From IMG/VR virus record IMGVR_UViG_3300020598_000002, positions 1 through 62,695 of that record: a DNA stretch of 62,695 nucleotides; one strand, 5' to 3'. The number at the start of each line of letters is the position of its first letter. Position 1 is the first letter of the stretch. A program made the position numbers and the translations under genes. Positions 45,816-55,259 of the stretch are shown here, one piece after another. This DNA comes from a virus. Taxonomy: Duplodnaviria; Caudoviricetes. Below the pieces are notes generated by a model. It saw nothing but the letters and a program-made list of their open reading frames with translations, had not been told where the DNA came from and searched no databases.

Positions 45816-47963
45816 ATGGCCTACGGCGATCTATACAACATCGGCACCGCGTCGCTCGACGACACCGATCTCGACATCGTTCATATCGATGGCGCGTTGC
45901 TGCTGACGAATGCGGTGCGTGACGACACTTTCGAATACGCCGGACGCCGCGTCCGGATCGAGGAGGTGATCGACGACCAGAAGATCCGGCTGCGGTACGA
46001 TTGGCCCGACACGCCGTTCGAAGACGTATCCGATGGCGACTGGTTCATTCTGCAGGACTCGCCGCACCGCAACCCTGCCATTGCGATGGCGCGCACGCTG
46101 CGCGATCAGCTCGACAGGCTTCGCATCTTCGATGTCTCGAAACCGATCTTTGGTGTTGTCGAATTCGGCGTGAATACGCCTCCGGAGGACTATGCGGCCG
46201 GTGACATGCTGGTCGTGGGTTCGTCACCTTCGGGCGTGTTCAACGGTCAGACCAATGCGGTGGCGCGCTTCACCGAAGAGGGTGGCTGGTTCTTTTCAGC
46301 GCCCGAGTATGGCTGGCATATCATCTCGCAGGCCGATCCGAACGGGTCGAACCTCGTTCGGTCATGGGATGGCAGCGCGTGGGTTTTGTCGTCCGGTCTC
46401 GCCGCAGGCATCGAATTCGCGGGCGAATGGGATAGCGGCGAAACCTACACCAACGGCAAGGTCGTCAGGCACAACTTCAAGCTCTGGATCGCGACGCAGG
46501 AAAGCACGAACGAAGAGCCAGGTGCATCCGAATACTGGATCGAATACGTCATCCCCGGCGAGCATGGCGGCGTTCCGATCGCGCTGGAGTTCGACGCCGA
46601 TACAACGAGCGCCGAACCATCCGCTGGCGGCGTGAAGATCAACCACGCAACGCCGGGATCGGCGACTGTCCTGCGCATTTCCAAGACGGATATTTACGGC
46701 GGAAACCGGTCAGCAGAGATTGCGTGGATCGGCACATCCAACACATCGAACCAGAAAGGCCGCATCAGACTCCAGAAGGTCGGCGCGATCGAGGATTTCC
46801 GTGCCATCGTCATGACGGTGACGGAGCAGACGAACAGTTATGATCTCACGATCTCGTCACCGTCCGCACCGAACGGATTCTTCGACGATGAAGACACCGT
46901 TTTGTTCTATTTCGACTGGCGCGGCGATGTGGGAGCGACCGGCGCAACGGGGCCTGGCTATCGCGGTACGTCGGTAACAAGCCTTTCGGTCGGCGCCACA
47001 ACCCCGATCAGTTTCACCGCGACGACCGGTCTGGCTTATACCATCGGCTCGCGGTATCGCCTGAGTAAATCCGACGACGCCGAAACTTATCTGGAAGGCG
47101 TCTGCACGGCCTATAATTCGTCGACCGGCGCCTTTACCGGAACGGTCGAAATCTTCAAGGGCTCCGGCACTGTCAATAGCTGGGTGCTCAATCTGATCGG
47201 CCAGCCCGGCCGTGGCTATGCTGCAACCTCCTCGACCCCGCTTTCGATCGGGACTGGCACCAAGAACCTCACCACGCAGGCGAACCTTGCCTATGCCGCC
47301 GGTGCGCGCGTTCGGCTTTCTGCTGTCGGTGATGTGGCGTGGATGGAAGGTCTTGTGTCGTCATACAACCAGACGACTGGAGCGATGGTCGTCATCGCCG
47401 ACAAGATCAACAATTCCGGGACCTTCTCAAACTGGATCATCAATCTCGCCGGAGAGCCTGGCGCGGCCGGCCTCAATGGCGCGGACGGCGCTTCGGCCCT
47501 GACCCGTGTACGTGTGGTCGATGTCGGCGCAGGCGATCCCGCCACCGACTATCAGGCAGGTGAGGTCATTGACGGGGTAACGCTGCAGACCGGCGACATC
47601 ATCCTTCGCGCGACACCGGGGGGCGATCCCGCTGATGGTGCTTATGTCGCGCCGTCGTCCGGCGCAGCATCGCGGCATGGTGGGCTGGAGGCTTACAGCG
47701 ATCATGCCGCCGCCGAATTCAACGTCATGGAAGGCGACGTCTATGCATCGACGAAATGGCGATGCACGTCGCCGAAGTCAGGCACCCTCGATACCGACGA
47801 TCTGACCTTCGAACAGGTTCTGTCGATGGATGGGTCCAACAACCTGTCCGAGCTGACTGACGTAAGTGCAGCACGGGATACGCTCGAACTCGGCGACCTC
47901 GCAACCATGAACCAAAGCGAACTGCCTGATGCAGTCGCGATGGCGATCGTGTTCGGCTCCTAA
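45816..47963 (+). CDS. Tail fibre protein (DUF2793-like domain, short collagen-like motifs)
   Basis: GDMLVVGSSPSGVFNGQ...WFFSAPEYGW; GATGATGPG; Thr/Gly-rich repeats; NNLSELTDVSAAR. Confidence 0.75.
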   Translation: MAYGDLYNIGTASLDDTDLDIVHIDGALLLTNAVRDDTFEYAGRRVRIEEVIDDQKIRLRYDWPDTPFEDVSDGDWFILQDSPHRNPAIAMARTLRDQLDRLRIFDVSKPIFGVVEFGVNTPPEDYAAGDMLVVGSSPSGVFNGQTNAVARFTEEGGWFFSAPEYGWHIISQADPNGSNLVRSWDGSAWVLSSGLAAGIEFAGEWDSGETYTNGKVVRHNFKLWIATQESTNEEPGASEYWIEYVIPGEHGGVPIALEFDADTTSAEPSAGGVKINHATPGSATVLRISKTDIYGGNRSAEIAWIGTSNTSNQKGRIRLQKVGAIEDFRAIVMTVTEQTNSYDLTISSPSAPNGFFDDEDTVLFYFDWRGDVGATGATGPGYRGTSVTSLSVGATTPISFTATTGLAYTIGSRYRLSKSDDAETYLEGVCTAYNSSTGAFTGTVEIFKGSGTVNSWVLNLIGQPGRGYAATSSTPLSIGTGTKNLTTQANLAYAAGARVRLSAVGDVAWMEGLVSSYNQTTGAMVVIADKINNSGTFSNWIINLAGEPGAAGLNGADGASALTRVRVVDVGAGDPATDYQAGEVIDGVTLQTGDIILRATPGGDPADGAYVAPSSGAASRHGGLEAYSDHAAAEFNVMEGDVYASTKWRCTSPKSGTLDTDDLTFEQVLSMDGSNNLSELTDVSAARDTLELGDLATMNQSELPDAVAMAIVFGS

Positions 47964-47981
47964 AACCTCAGAGGCACATCG

Positions 47982-49013
47982 ATGGCTTTCAGATCAACCG
48001 CCGTCGCGGTCGCGACGAGCGATACTGATGTTTTTGAGATGCCGGCAACGCTGCAGGGCGCGGTTGTGCTCGGTATCGGCAACGTGAACGGGTCGGCGCG
48101 AACCGTCACGTTCAAGTTCTACAACGCCAATGATGACGAGACGACGACGATCGTCTCTGGATATTCGATCGCTGCCAACACGGTCGTGAAGTGGCCGTTC
48201 CCGATCCTGATGGCGGCAGGCGACAAGATCATCATGTCGGCCTCTCAGTCTAGTTCTATTGTGGCCCACGCCTCGATCACGGACTCGGCAGCCGCGCCAG
48301 TTGCGACCGGGTTCAACCCCCGCGGCAACTGGGACAACGCGACGACCTACAACACGAACGATCTCGTCTGGGTCGACGACGCGATCTCGACCGGGCGTGG
48401 CGCAGCTTACATCGCCAAGCCGAACGGGTCCGCGAACCTCAATAAGAACCCGACGACTGAAACCGCGTTCTGGATGCGCTATGCCGGGGATGGCCCCGAG
48501 GGTGATCTGTCCGCCGCGGATATTGGCGTCACTGTGCAGGCATATGACGCTGACACAGCAAAAACCGACGTGGCGCAGACTTGGACTGCGAAGCAAACGC
48601 TTGCGGCGCTCGGTTTGAAGCTGCAAGCCGCGCTGGAAAAGGTCACGATTACGGCCGATAACCCGGCTTCCGGCGACAACAATTTCGACGTTCTGACGCA
48701 AGCAATCCAATATTACACGACCGCGAACGATACAAACTGGACGCTGAATGTTCGCGGCGACGGATCGAATTCCCTTGACAGCCTCATGGCCACCGGCGAG
48801 GCGATTACCATCGCGCTAATCGTCACGAACACCGGCACCGCCTATTATCAGAGCGGCTTCAAGATCGACGGCAACTCAGTCACGCCGCAATGGCTTGGAG
48901 CGGCGGCGCCGTCTGCCGGCACCGTCAACAAGCGCGACACTTATACGTTCACCATCATCAAAACCGGCAGCGCAACGTTTATCGTGCAGGCATCGTTCGC
49001 AGGAGGCAATTAA
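47982..49013 (+). CDS. Tail fibre/spike-associated protein
   Basis: RGNWDNATTYNTND, DIGVTVQAYDAD, YTFTIIKTG. Confidence 0.7.
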   Translation: MAFRSTAVAVATSDTDVFEMPATLQGAVVLGIGNVNGSARTVTFKFYNANDDETTTIVSGYSIAANTVVKWPFPILMAAGDKIIMSASQSSSIVAHASITDSAAAPVATGFNPRGNWDNATTYNTNDLVWVDDAISTGRGAAYIAKPNGSANLNKNPTTETAFWMRYAGDGPEGDLSAADIGVTVQAYDADTAKTDVAQTWTAKQTLAALGLKLQAALEKVTITADNPASGDNNFDVLTQAIQYYTTANDTNWTLNVRGDGSNSLDSLMATGEAITIALIVTNTGTAYYQSGFKIDGNSVTPQWLGAAAPSAGTVNKRDTYTFTIIKTGSATFIVQASFAGGN

Positions 49014-49540
49014 TGGCGGCGATTGTTGATCTTATCGACGACAGCATTGTCGAGCCCTTCGTTTCTCTGCCGCATCGCATGATCTTGCCGGACGGCGGCA
49101 CCACGATTTTTGTCGAAATCGGACAGGCGGAGCCGGCGCACTCGCCACGATACAAGGCGGTTGCGACGCAAGAGGTGGTCCCGGCGCCTGACTATCCGTA
49201 CATCGAAACCGATGTTGCGCGTGAATTTGCTGACGGGAAAGTCGTTGTTACCCGAACATTCGCGCCGGATCAGGCGGCCTATCAACAGGCGATCGAGGAC
49301 CACATTCTGCAAGTCGCAGCGCAGCGCGGCTATTCGAGCGCGGTTTCGCTTGCGAGCTACGTCACGAGCGTTATTCCGCTTTGGCAGGCAGAGGCGCAGA
49401 CGTTCGTCGCCTGGCGCGATTCGGTTTGGATTTACGCGCTCTCGGAACTCGTCAAGGTGCAGAACGGACAGCGCGAGATTCCGACGCTGGCGGCGCTTAT
49501 CGCCGAATTGCCCGTCATCACATGGCCGGAGGTTGAATGA
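49013..49540 (+). CDS. Tail fibre assembly-like protein
   Basis: AAQRGYSSAVSLASY...WQAEAQTFVAWRDSVW...ELPVITWP. Confidence 0.65.
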   Translation: MAAIVDLIDDSIVEPFVSLPHRMILPDGGTTIFVEIGQAEPAHSPRYKAVATQEVVPAPDYPYIETDVAREFADGKVVVTRTFAPDQAAYQQAIEDHILQVAAQRGYSSAVSLASYVTSVIPLWQAEAQTFVAWRDSVWIYALSELVKVQNGQREIPTLAALIAELPVITWPEVE

Positions 49541-50298
49541 TGTTCGACGCGCTTCCGCCTAAACTCTGGACCCCTCCGAAACCCGCTATCATTCGTGCGG
49601 CGTCGCTGGACGATATCAATCGCGCAATGCCGTTGTTGGGTACGTTCGGCGCGGCGAGCGTGCGGGGGTTCAGGAGCTTAGGCGCATCGGTTGCGCGGCG
49701 AAGTTACATCGGCAGAACGGTAGACACCAGCAACCAGACAACCTACTCGTTTACGTCGGTCTATATCGGGACGGCTGCAGCCGATCGTATCAACGTCGTT
49801 TGTGTGGGGTCTGCTGCTGCCGCGGGCCGGAGCATGTCGGCCGCGGCCATAGCGGGGGGCTCAGCCAGTATCATCAAGGATGCAACGAACGCCGGCATAA
49901 ACACGAGCATCATTGCCGCTGCCGTCCCAACCGGAACGACTGCAACGATATCAGTCACGTATTCTGCCGGGTGCTCGGGGTGCTTTATAGATGTCTACGC
50001 GATGTATGGGGCGAGCATCACGCCAACGGCTACTGCGTCCACGACCGCGACTCCGCCGTCTGCGAGTTTGAATATAGACGCGCGTGGGGTTGCTTTTGGT
50101 TGCAGCGGGAATAACGCGAACAACGACTGTACGTGGACCGGTCTCGCTGAGGATGCAGACGCGGTGTACGATTCACCCTTCCGCGGGACATCGGCATCAG
50201 CCGAATTTGCAACGGCTCAAACCGGCCTGACCATCACCGCAGATTGGGCGACGGAATCGTTCCCCTGTATGGTGCTGGCGTCGTTCCCGCCGGCTTAG
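49537..50298 (+). CDS. Beta-rich virion/receptor-binding-like protein
   Basis: LPPKLWTPPKPAIIR leader; Ala/Thr/Ser-rich, with more A/T-ending codons than neighbours. Confidence 0.6.
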   Translation: MMFDALPPKLWTPPKPAIIRAASLDDINRAMPLLGTFGAASVRGFRSLGASVARRSYIGRTVDTSNQTTYSFTSVYIGTAAADRINVVCVGSAAAAGRSMSAAAIAGGSASIIKDATNAGINTSIIAAAVPTGTTATISVTYSAGCSGCFIDVYAMYGASITPTATASTTATPPSASLNIDARGVAFGCSGNNANNDCTWTGLAEDADAVYDSPFRGTSASAEFATAQTGLTITADWATESFPCMVLASFPPA

Positions 50299-50326
50299 GA
50301 CAGCGGCGGAGGCTTAATAATGGCGA

Positions 50327-50962
50327 CTATGCGGGCGCGCCAGCCCGTTTCTCCATCAGGAACCACGTCGTGTCGTCCCAAGGAAATACCGGGTCTTTGT
50401 GGTAGAAGAACCCGTAATCGACCATCTTGAGGTCGGGGAAGCGGTGCATCATCTCGCCCGCCCAATCGCGCTTGTAGAGCCGGTCCTTGTGTCCCCGGTA
50501 CATCAGGAAGGTCGGCTGCGGATTGTAATACTCGGCGACCAGCACATACCGGCTGCTCGCGTCGCGCATCAGCTTGTAGACCTTATCGAGGCAGTCCGGG
50601 TTGATGTGGATGAGAACCCCTGCGGTGAAAACGAGGTCGTAAGTGCGCGGAGCCTCAAAGCTCAGGATCGACTTGTGGTGGACGGTAAGTCCCTCGATCT
50701 TGTTCAGTTCTCCAACGGCCTTCGCGTTGATCTCGACGCAACTGATATCGGCGGCCGGCAATAGGGTGCGAAGCGCCTTGATGTTCATGCCGATGTTGGG
50801 GCCGAGCTCCAGAACGGATGTGATCCCGCTGGCCCTTTTAAGCATCTGAGCGAAGGCCGCGACCGCGCAGGAGTGGAAGAGGGGCGTGTTGTTTCGATCG
50901 GCGTAGTTGTCGCCGAAAGAGCCAGCCCAGAATTCCTCTTGTGGTGTCTGAAAGTTGCTCAT
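50327..50962 (-). CDS. Pseudaminic acid biosynthesis-associated methyltransferase (TIGR03587-like)
   Basis: QEEFWAGSFGDNYADRN, LELGPNIGMN, GVLIHINP, EYYNP, YRGH..RLYKRD, DDTTWFLMEK. Confidence 0.88.
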   Translation of the reverse strand: MSNFQTPQEEFWAGSFGDNYADRNNTPLFHSCAVAAFAQMLKRASGITSVLELGPNIGMNIKALRTLLPAADISCVEINAKAVGELNKIEGLTVHHKSILSFEAPRTYDLVFTAGVLIHINPDCLDKVYKLMRDASSRYVLVAEYYNPQPTFLMYRGHKDRLYKRDWAGEMMHRFPDLKMVDYGFFYHKDPVFPWDDTTWFLMEKRAGAPA

Positions 50963-51219
50963 GTTCTCTTCAGGATTACGACCCGAACAAATTGAAGGGC
51001 GATACCGACCAGCAAGGCCGGGATGAACACCGGCCAGACCAGAGCGACTGTAACGGCATCACGCTGATGCCGGCGAGCATCGAAGGGGCCAAGCATCACA
51101 GTTGCGTGCGTCTTCCAGCGGAATAGCAGGACGGCCGCGAAAGCCAGTGCCGCGCCGCCTCCGTAGATAGCCAAGATTGAAAGTGCTGTCGTCCCCATGG
51201 GTGGCGGTGCTTTTAGCAA
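50959..51219 (-). CDS. Small two-TM membrane protein
   Basis: Two hydrophobic stretches; stop overlaps the methyltransferase ATG. Confidence 0.6.
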   Translation of the reverse strand: MLKAPPPMGTTALSILAIYGGGAALAFAAVLLFRWKTHATVMLGPFDARRHQRDAVTVALVWPVFIPALLVGIALQFVRVVILKRT

Positions 51220-51278
51220 GCCTTCCCATGTGCGGGCAAGGCCAGCCCGTAACTGATTGTCATCACTAGGAAAATATC

Positions 51279-51689
51279 ATGCTCCGAGCAATCCTGCTCG
51301 CGTGCGCTCTGGCGTGCGTGGGCTCTCCTGCCTTTGCCCTTGGCTTGTACGTGCGAGGCGTGCCGGGACCGCTGCTTGCCAAGGTGCAAGAGCTGAAAGC
51401 CGCGTGCGGGGCCAAGGTGGTTTCCGCAAATCGGCCCGGCGCTCGAACGCCATCGGGGCATGTCTCAAATCATGCCATCGGGCGTGCGGTCGATCTGAGC
51501 GGCAATCCTGATTGCATGTATGCGCGGCTGCGCAACTGGCCGGGCGGCGTGTCAACCGACTATTGGACCGCTCCGGGCGGCCCGCACATTCACCTGTCCT
51601 ACAATCCCGGCGGGATGGAATGGGGGCTCCGCTTCGCACATCGCGGCGGCTCCTATTCGGCCCGCAAGAAACGGCGGTGGCGCAGATGA
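51279..51689 (+). CDS. Exported peptidase M15-type (LAS) cell-wall hydrolase
   Basis: Signal peptide; SANR, SNHAIGRAVD, HIHLS. Confidence 0.8.
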   Translation: MLRAILLACALACVGSPAFALGLYVRGVPGPLLAKVQELKAACGAKVVSANRPGARTPSGHVSNHAIGRAVDLSGNPDCMYARLRNWPGGVSTDYWTAPGGPHIHLSYNPGGMEWGLRFAHRGGSYSARKKRRWRR

Positions 51690-52060
51690 CCGCGCGCGCA
51701 AAGGACGGCCTAGCTGTCGCGGTCGGGGCCTTGATCGGGGTAGCGGCCTTCATCGTCCTGTTCGTCGCGGCGGCGTTTGCCCACCAGGCCCATACCGGAT
51801 GGGTCTACGATTCCGAATGCTGCTTCGGCGATCACAACACGGGTGACTGCCAGCAGATCGATAGCCGCACCGTCGAGATCACGTCGCAGGGCTATCGCAT
51901 CACCTTGAAGCCCGGCGATCACCGCAAGGTCACGAAGCCTCACGTCTTCATCGTTCCGCAGTCCGCCGCCCGGAAGTCAATGGACGGCGACTATCACCTG
52001 TGCCTGTGGCCATCGGAAGACGACATGCGGTGCTTCTACGCGCCGCCGCCGGCCACCTGA
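51686..52060 (+). CDS. Exported Cys-rich hypothetical protein
   Basis: TM/signal segment then GWVYDSECC...DC...DGDYHLC...CFYAPP. Confidence 0.7.
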   Translation: MTARAKDGLAVAVGALIGVAAFIVLFVAAAFAHQAHTGWVYDSECCFGDHNTGDCQQIDSRTVEITSQGYRITLKPGDHRKVTKPHVFIVPQSAARKSMDGDYHLCLWPSEDDMRCFYAPPPAT

Positions 52061-52086
52061 TCATCTGACACTCAAGGACTTCGGCA

Positions 52087-52929
52087 ATGGACGTTCGCTC
52101 CATACAGGAAGCATTGCGCGCGGCTGGCTTCGATCCGGGGCTGATTGATGGCATCGCAGGCAAGCGAACCAAGGGCGCCATCGAGGCATTCCAGCGGGCC
52201 AAGGGGCTGAAGGTGGACGGCATCGCCGGGCCTCAGACGCTGGGGGCGCTGTTCCCGAAAAGCGCGGTGCCGTCGCTGATGGAACCGGTCGAGAGCGGCA
52301 CGCTGCTGACGATGGCGCGGCTCAAGCGCATGTGGCCGCGCGGCAAGGCCGAATGGATGTCGGGTATTGTCGCATCGGCGGGCACCGTTCTGCCGCTGCA
52401 CGGCATCACCACCAAGGCGCGCCTCTGTCACTTCATGGCGCAGGTCAGCCACGAATGCGGCGGCGGCACCATCGCTGAGGAGAACCTGTATTACAGCGCC
52501 GCCCGCATGACGCAGGTGTGGCCGTCGCGTTTCCCGACCGTCGCATCCGCGGCGCCCTATGCGCAGAACGGCCGCGCCCTCGCAAACAAGGTCTACAACG
52601 GCCGCATGGGCAATCGTTCGGGCACGGACGATGGCTGGAATTACCGGGGCAGGGGCCTCATTCAGATCACCGGGCGCGACGGCTATGCGCAGGTCGGCAA
52701 GATCGCGGGCCTTGATCTCGTAGGCAATCCATCGCTCGCCAATGATCCGGGCAATCTCCTGCTTGTCGCCGCATCCTTCTGGACGTGGAAGGGCCTGAAC
52801 AAGCGCGCTGATGCCGGACTGAACGACGCCGCGCTGGTCGCCTGCACCAAGATCATCAATGGCGGAACGAACGGTCTTTCCGATCGGCGTTCGTGGTTCG
52901 CGAAGTGGAAGCGGGAGCTTGGGCTATGA
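52087..52929 (+). CDS. Endolysin: peptidoglycan-binding domain plus GH19
   Basis: DGIAGKRT/VDGIAGPQT; HFMAQVSHECGG, ENL, YRGRGLIQITGR, TKIINGG. Confidence 0.92.
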   Translation: MDVRSIQEALRAAGFDPGLIDGIAGKRTKGAIEAFQRAKGLKVDGIAGPQTLGALFPKSAVPSLMEPVESGTLLTMARLKRMWPRGKAEWMSGIVASAGTVLPLHGITTKARLCHFMAQVSHECGGGTIAEENLYYSAARMTQVWPSRFPTVASAAPYAQNGRALANKVYNGRMGNRSGTDDGWNYRGRGLIQITGRDGYAQVGKIAGLDLVGNPSLANDPGNLLLVAASFWTWKGLNKRADAGLNDAALVACTKIINGGTNGLSDRRSWFAKWKRELGL

Positions 52930-53444
52930 CCCAGATCAACGTCCAGTTCGTCTATGGCGCCGGCAATGACATGCTGTTCGGCGGCGGCCTGCGGGATCTT
53001 CAATCCGCTGTAAAGGCAAAGTTCGGCACCAAAGTCTATTCCCCCCGCATCATCGACTACACCGAATATGAAACGCTCCTGCGTCTTCTGCGACAGTGGA
53101 ACGATCCGACTATTCTTGTCGGTCATTCTTGTGGCTGCAATGCTGTCACTCACGCCGCTGTTGCTCTGTCTATGGAGCGCGTCCCGTATCTGCTGGCTAT
53201 TGCGCCATCGATCTATTGCCCCGTCGCGGCCCTTCCGCCGAATGTGGGCCGCGCAACGCAGGCGACGAGCAATCCGTTCGATTTCTTCAATCCTTTCGGC
53301 CGGACGCTTCTCCGCACGAGTTCGGTGAACAACAAGACCAAGCTGGATGTCATCAACACCGGCCTGCCGCACCTGACCGCGCCGTACCACGCGGCGGTGA
53401 AAAAGCGACTCCTCGAGGAAATCGATGTCGCGCTGACTGCTTAG
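52926..53444 (+). CDS. Small alpha/beta hydrolase
   Basis: Nucleophile elbow LVGHSCG, C-terminal His (LPHL); coupled to the endolysin. Confidence 0.7.
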   Translation: MTQINVQFVYGAGNDMLFGGGLRDLQSAVKAKFGTKVYSPRIIDYTEYETLLRLLRQWNDPTILVGHSCGCNAVTHAAVALSMERVPYLLAIAPSIYCPVAALPPNVGRATQATSNPFDFFNPFGRTLLRTSSVNNKTKLDVINTGLPHLTAPYHAAVKKRLLEEIDVALTA

Positions 53445-53572
53445 TGCGACCGCTCGCGGGTGCGCGCCAATGGCCCGCAAGCTACCAGCCGGGAGAGTCT
53501 GTGAAGGGCCCCCGGCTGGGCTCAATTCCGCGCTGGACGGCATCCAGCAATTCACGAAACAACAGGTGATTC

Positions 53573-54088
53573 ATGAGCGGCTTTGAACAGATGCTGCGCA
53601 TCGTTCTCTACAATGCGTTGGGCGCGTGGCTCGGCTACAGTGTTGCGGATGGCGCGATGGCGCAGGCCGCAATCGCGGGCGTGTGCGCCATCATCACGTT
53701 CGGATGGTGGGTCTACCGCAACTGGAAGGGCAAGGCTCCGATCCCGCCGGTTGCGCCGGTCCTCGCTTTCGTCATCATCGCGCCGATGCTGCTCGGCGGC
53801 TGCACCACCATTCAGGATGGGCTTGCCAAGGCCATGGCCTTCATCGGTCAGGTCCGCACCACGCTGGTCGAGGTCCGCGAAGGCATCCGCGTCGGCTGTA
53901 ACGCCATCGGCCTCGCCGAACAGGAGGCGGCAACGGTGAACGCAACCTGCGTTCAGAAGGTGTCGAAACTCCGTGCCGGCGTCGAAGCGATCTGCAAGAA
54001 CCAGGCGCTGCTCACGGATGATGTGGTCGGGAATTACTTCTCGACCGTCGCCAATGCGGTGAAGCAGGCGCAGGTCTCCTGCAAGTGA
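53573..54088 (+). CDS. Holin-like N-terminus fused to a lipobox-bearing helical domain
   Basis: QMLRIVLY..LGAWL two-TM unit, then a hydrophobic run ending LLGGC. Confidence 0.55.
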   Translation: MSGFEQMLRIVLYNALGAWLGYSVADGAMAQAAIAGVCAIITFGWWVYRNWKGKAPIPPVAPVLAFVIIAPMLLGGCTTIQDGLAKAMAFIGQVRTTLVEVREGIRVGCNAIGLAEQEAATVNATCVQKVSKLRAGVEAICKNQALLTDDVVGNYFSTVANAVKQAQVSCK

Positions 54089-54285
54089 CGACGTGGCTTC
54101 AGGCCATCATCGCCTTCTTTGCGTTCATCCGCGAGTTGCTTGCGTTCAAGCGATCCGCGGATGACCGGCAGGCCGGAGCCGATGCGGCTATCAACGCAGG
54201 CCGCAAAGAGGAAGACGACGCGCTCGCGCGCACGCAGGCCGCGATCGATGAAGCGGACAAGAAACCATTCGACTATAGGGATTGA
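54085..54285 (+). CDS. Membrane-anchored small protein (i-spanin-like)
   Basis: N-terminal TM then charged helix; in the lysis cassette. Confidence 0.45.
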   Translation: MTTWLQAIIAFFAFIRELLAFKRSADDRQAGADAAINAGRKEEDDALARTQAAIDEADKKPFDYRD

Positions 54286-54513
54286 GCGTCGAACAACAAT
54301 GGCTTGTTACGCTCGTGCTCTTCGACTTTTCGCCTCGCGAGCGCCCAAAGACAATTTGGCTCGTGGTCAAACATTCTGTTTGAGCTGGAGGAGGTGACAG
54401 CCTCCCAGCCGCCGCAGAAGAAGCACGACAAGCTGCCGTCAATTTCGCTCGCGTTGGAAGGATCAAGCGCGGCAAGCAGGCGGACAATTTCCTGATCGGT
54501 GCGGACGGGCATC
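54273..54513 (-). CDS. Small antisense-oriented protein with CxxC...HxxxC
   Basis: GGGAGG RBS upstream; SCFFCGG...DHEPNCLW. Confidence 0.55.
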
Positions 54514-54568
54514 GTGAAACGCCTCCCTGCTCGGAACAGCAACCACTCTAGCACAAAAAGGACGCGCC

Positions 54569-54772
54569 ATGCCAATGACCTGCATCGGCTTCGCGCTGGG
54601 CATCGCCTACATGACCTGCACGCTTCCGAAGGAAGCCCCGACCGGCAAGGCTCCGTTCTGCAACGTCATCCGTCAGGCCGGTGGCGTCCTGAAGCCCTCC
54701 CGCAAGGATACGCCGGAATCGGCCCGCTACATGAACCGCATCGCCGCCGCATACAAAGCCGACTGCAAGTAA
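54569..54772 (+). CDS. Small Cys-containing protein (o-spanin-like)
   Basis: FC...PSRKDT...YKADCK pattern. Confidence 0.4.
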   Translation: MPMTCIGFALGIAYMTCTLPKEAPTGKAPFCNVIRQAGGVLKPSRKDTPESARYMNRIAAAYKADCK

Positions 54773-54909
54773 GGCGTCAAACGTGGGGCAGCCTGTGCGC
54801 CAACACAAGCCGCCCCTGATCAAACAACAGACGGATGAGGTCTGCCGAATGACCGCAGGTACGATAGGGCCAAGACTGCAAACGAACCGTTTATGCGGGG
54901 TGCGGTGAA

Positions 54910-55191
54910 ATGGCGGAGGGGAATGGGAATAGCAATAGCAATCACTGGACGCTCGACAGGCGCGTCCCCCTCGCTGTCGTCCTCACGATCGTCGGTCAGA
55001 CCGTCGCGTTCATCGTCTGGGGCACAACCCTGACCAACCGGGTGACCGCACTTGAAGAGACCGCCCGGCTCGACGCCCCGCGCCGTGACCAGTTCATCGA
55101 ATTGCGTGTCGAGTTCCGGCAGGTCCAGGAGAACATCGCAGAGATCAAGCGGCTGATACAGACGCGGCCGCCGGCGCCTGCCGCTCAATAG
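54910..55191 (+). CDS. Single-TM coiled-coil protein (holin/antiholin-like)
   Basis: WTLDRRVPLAVVLTIVGQT..FIVW then coiled coil. Confidence 0.6.
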   Translation: MAEGNGNSNSNHWTLDRRVPLAVVLTIVGQTVAFIVWGTTLTNRVTALEETARLDAPRRDQFIELRVEFRQVQENIAEIKRLIQTRPPAPAAQ

Positions 55192-55217
55192 CGTTCCTCC
55201 CGCGTCGCGTTCAACCT

Positions 55218-55259
55218 AGCCCGGCCACCGTCATGGTGCGCCGGGCTTTTTTGTTTTTC
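55218..55259 (+). terminator. Late operon terminator
   Basis: AGCCCGGC...GCCGGGCT stem followed by a long T-run; convergent gene ends. Confidence 0.8.
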
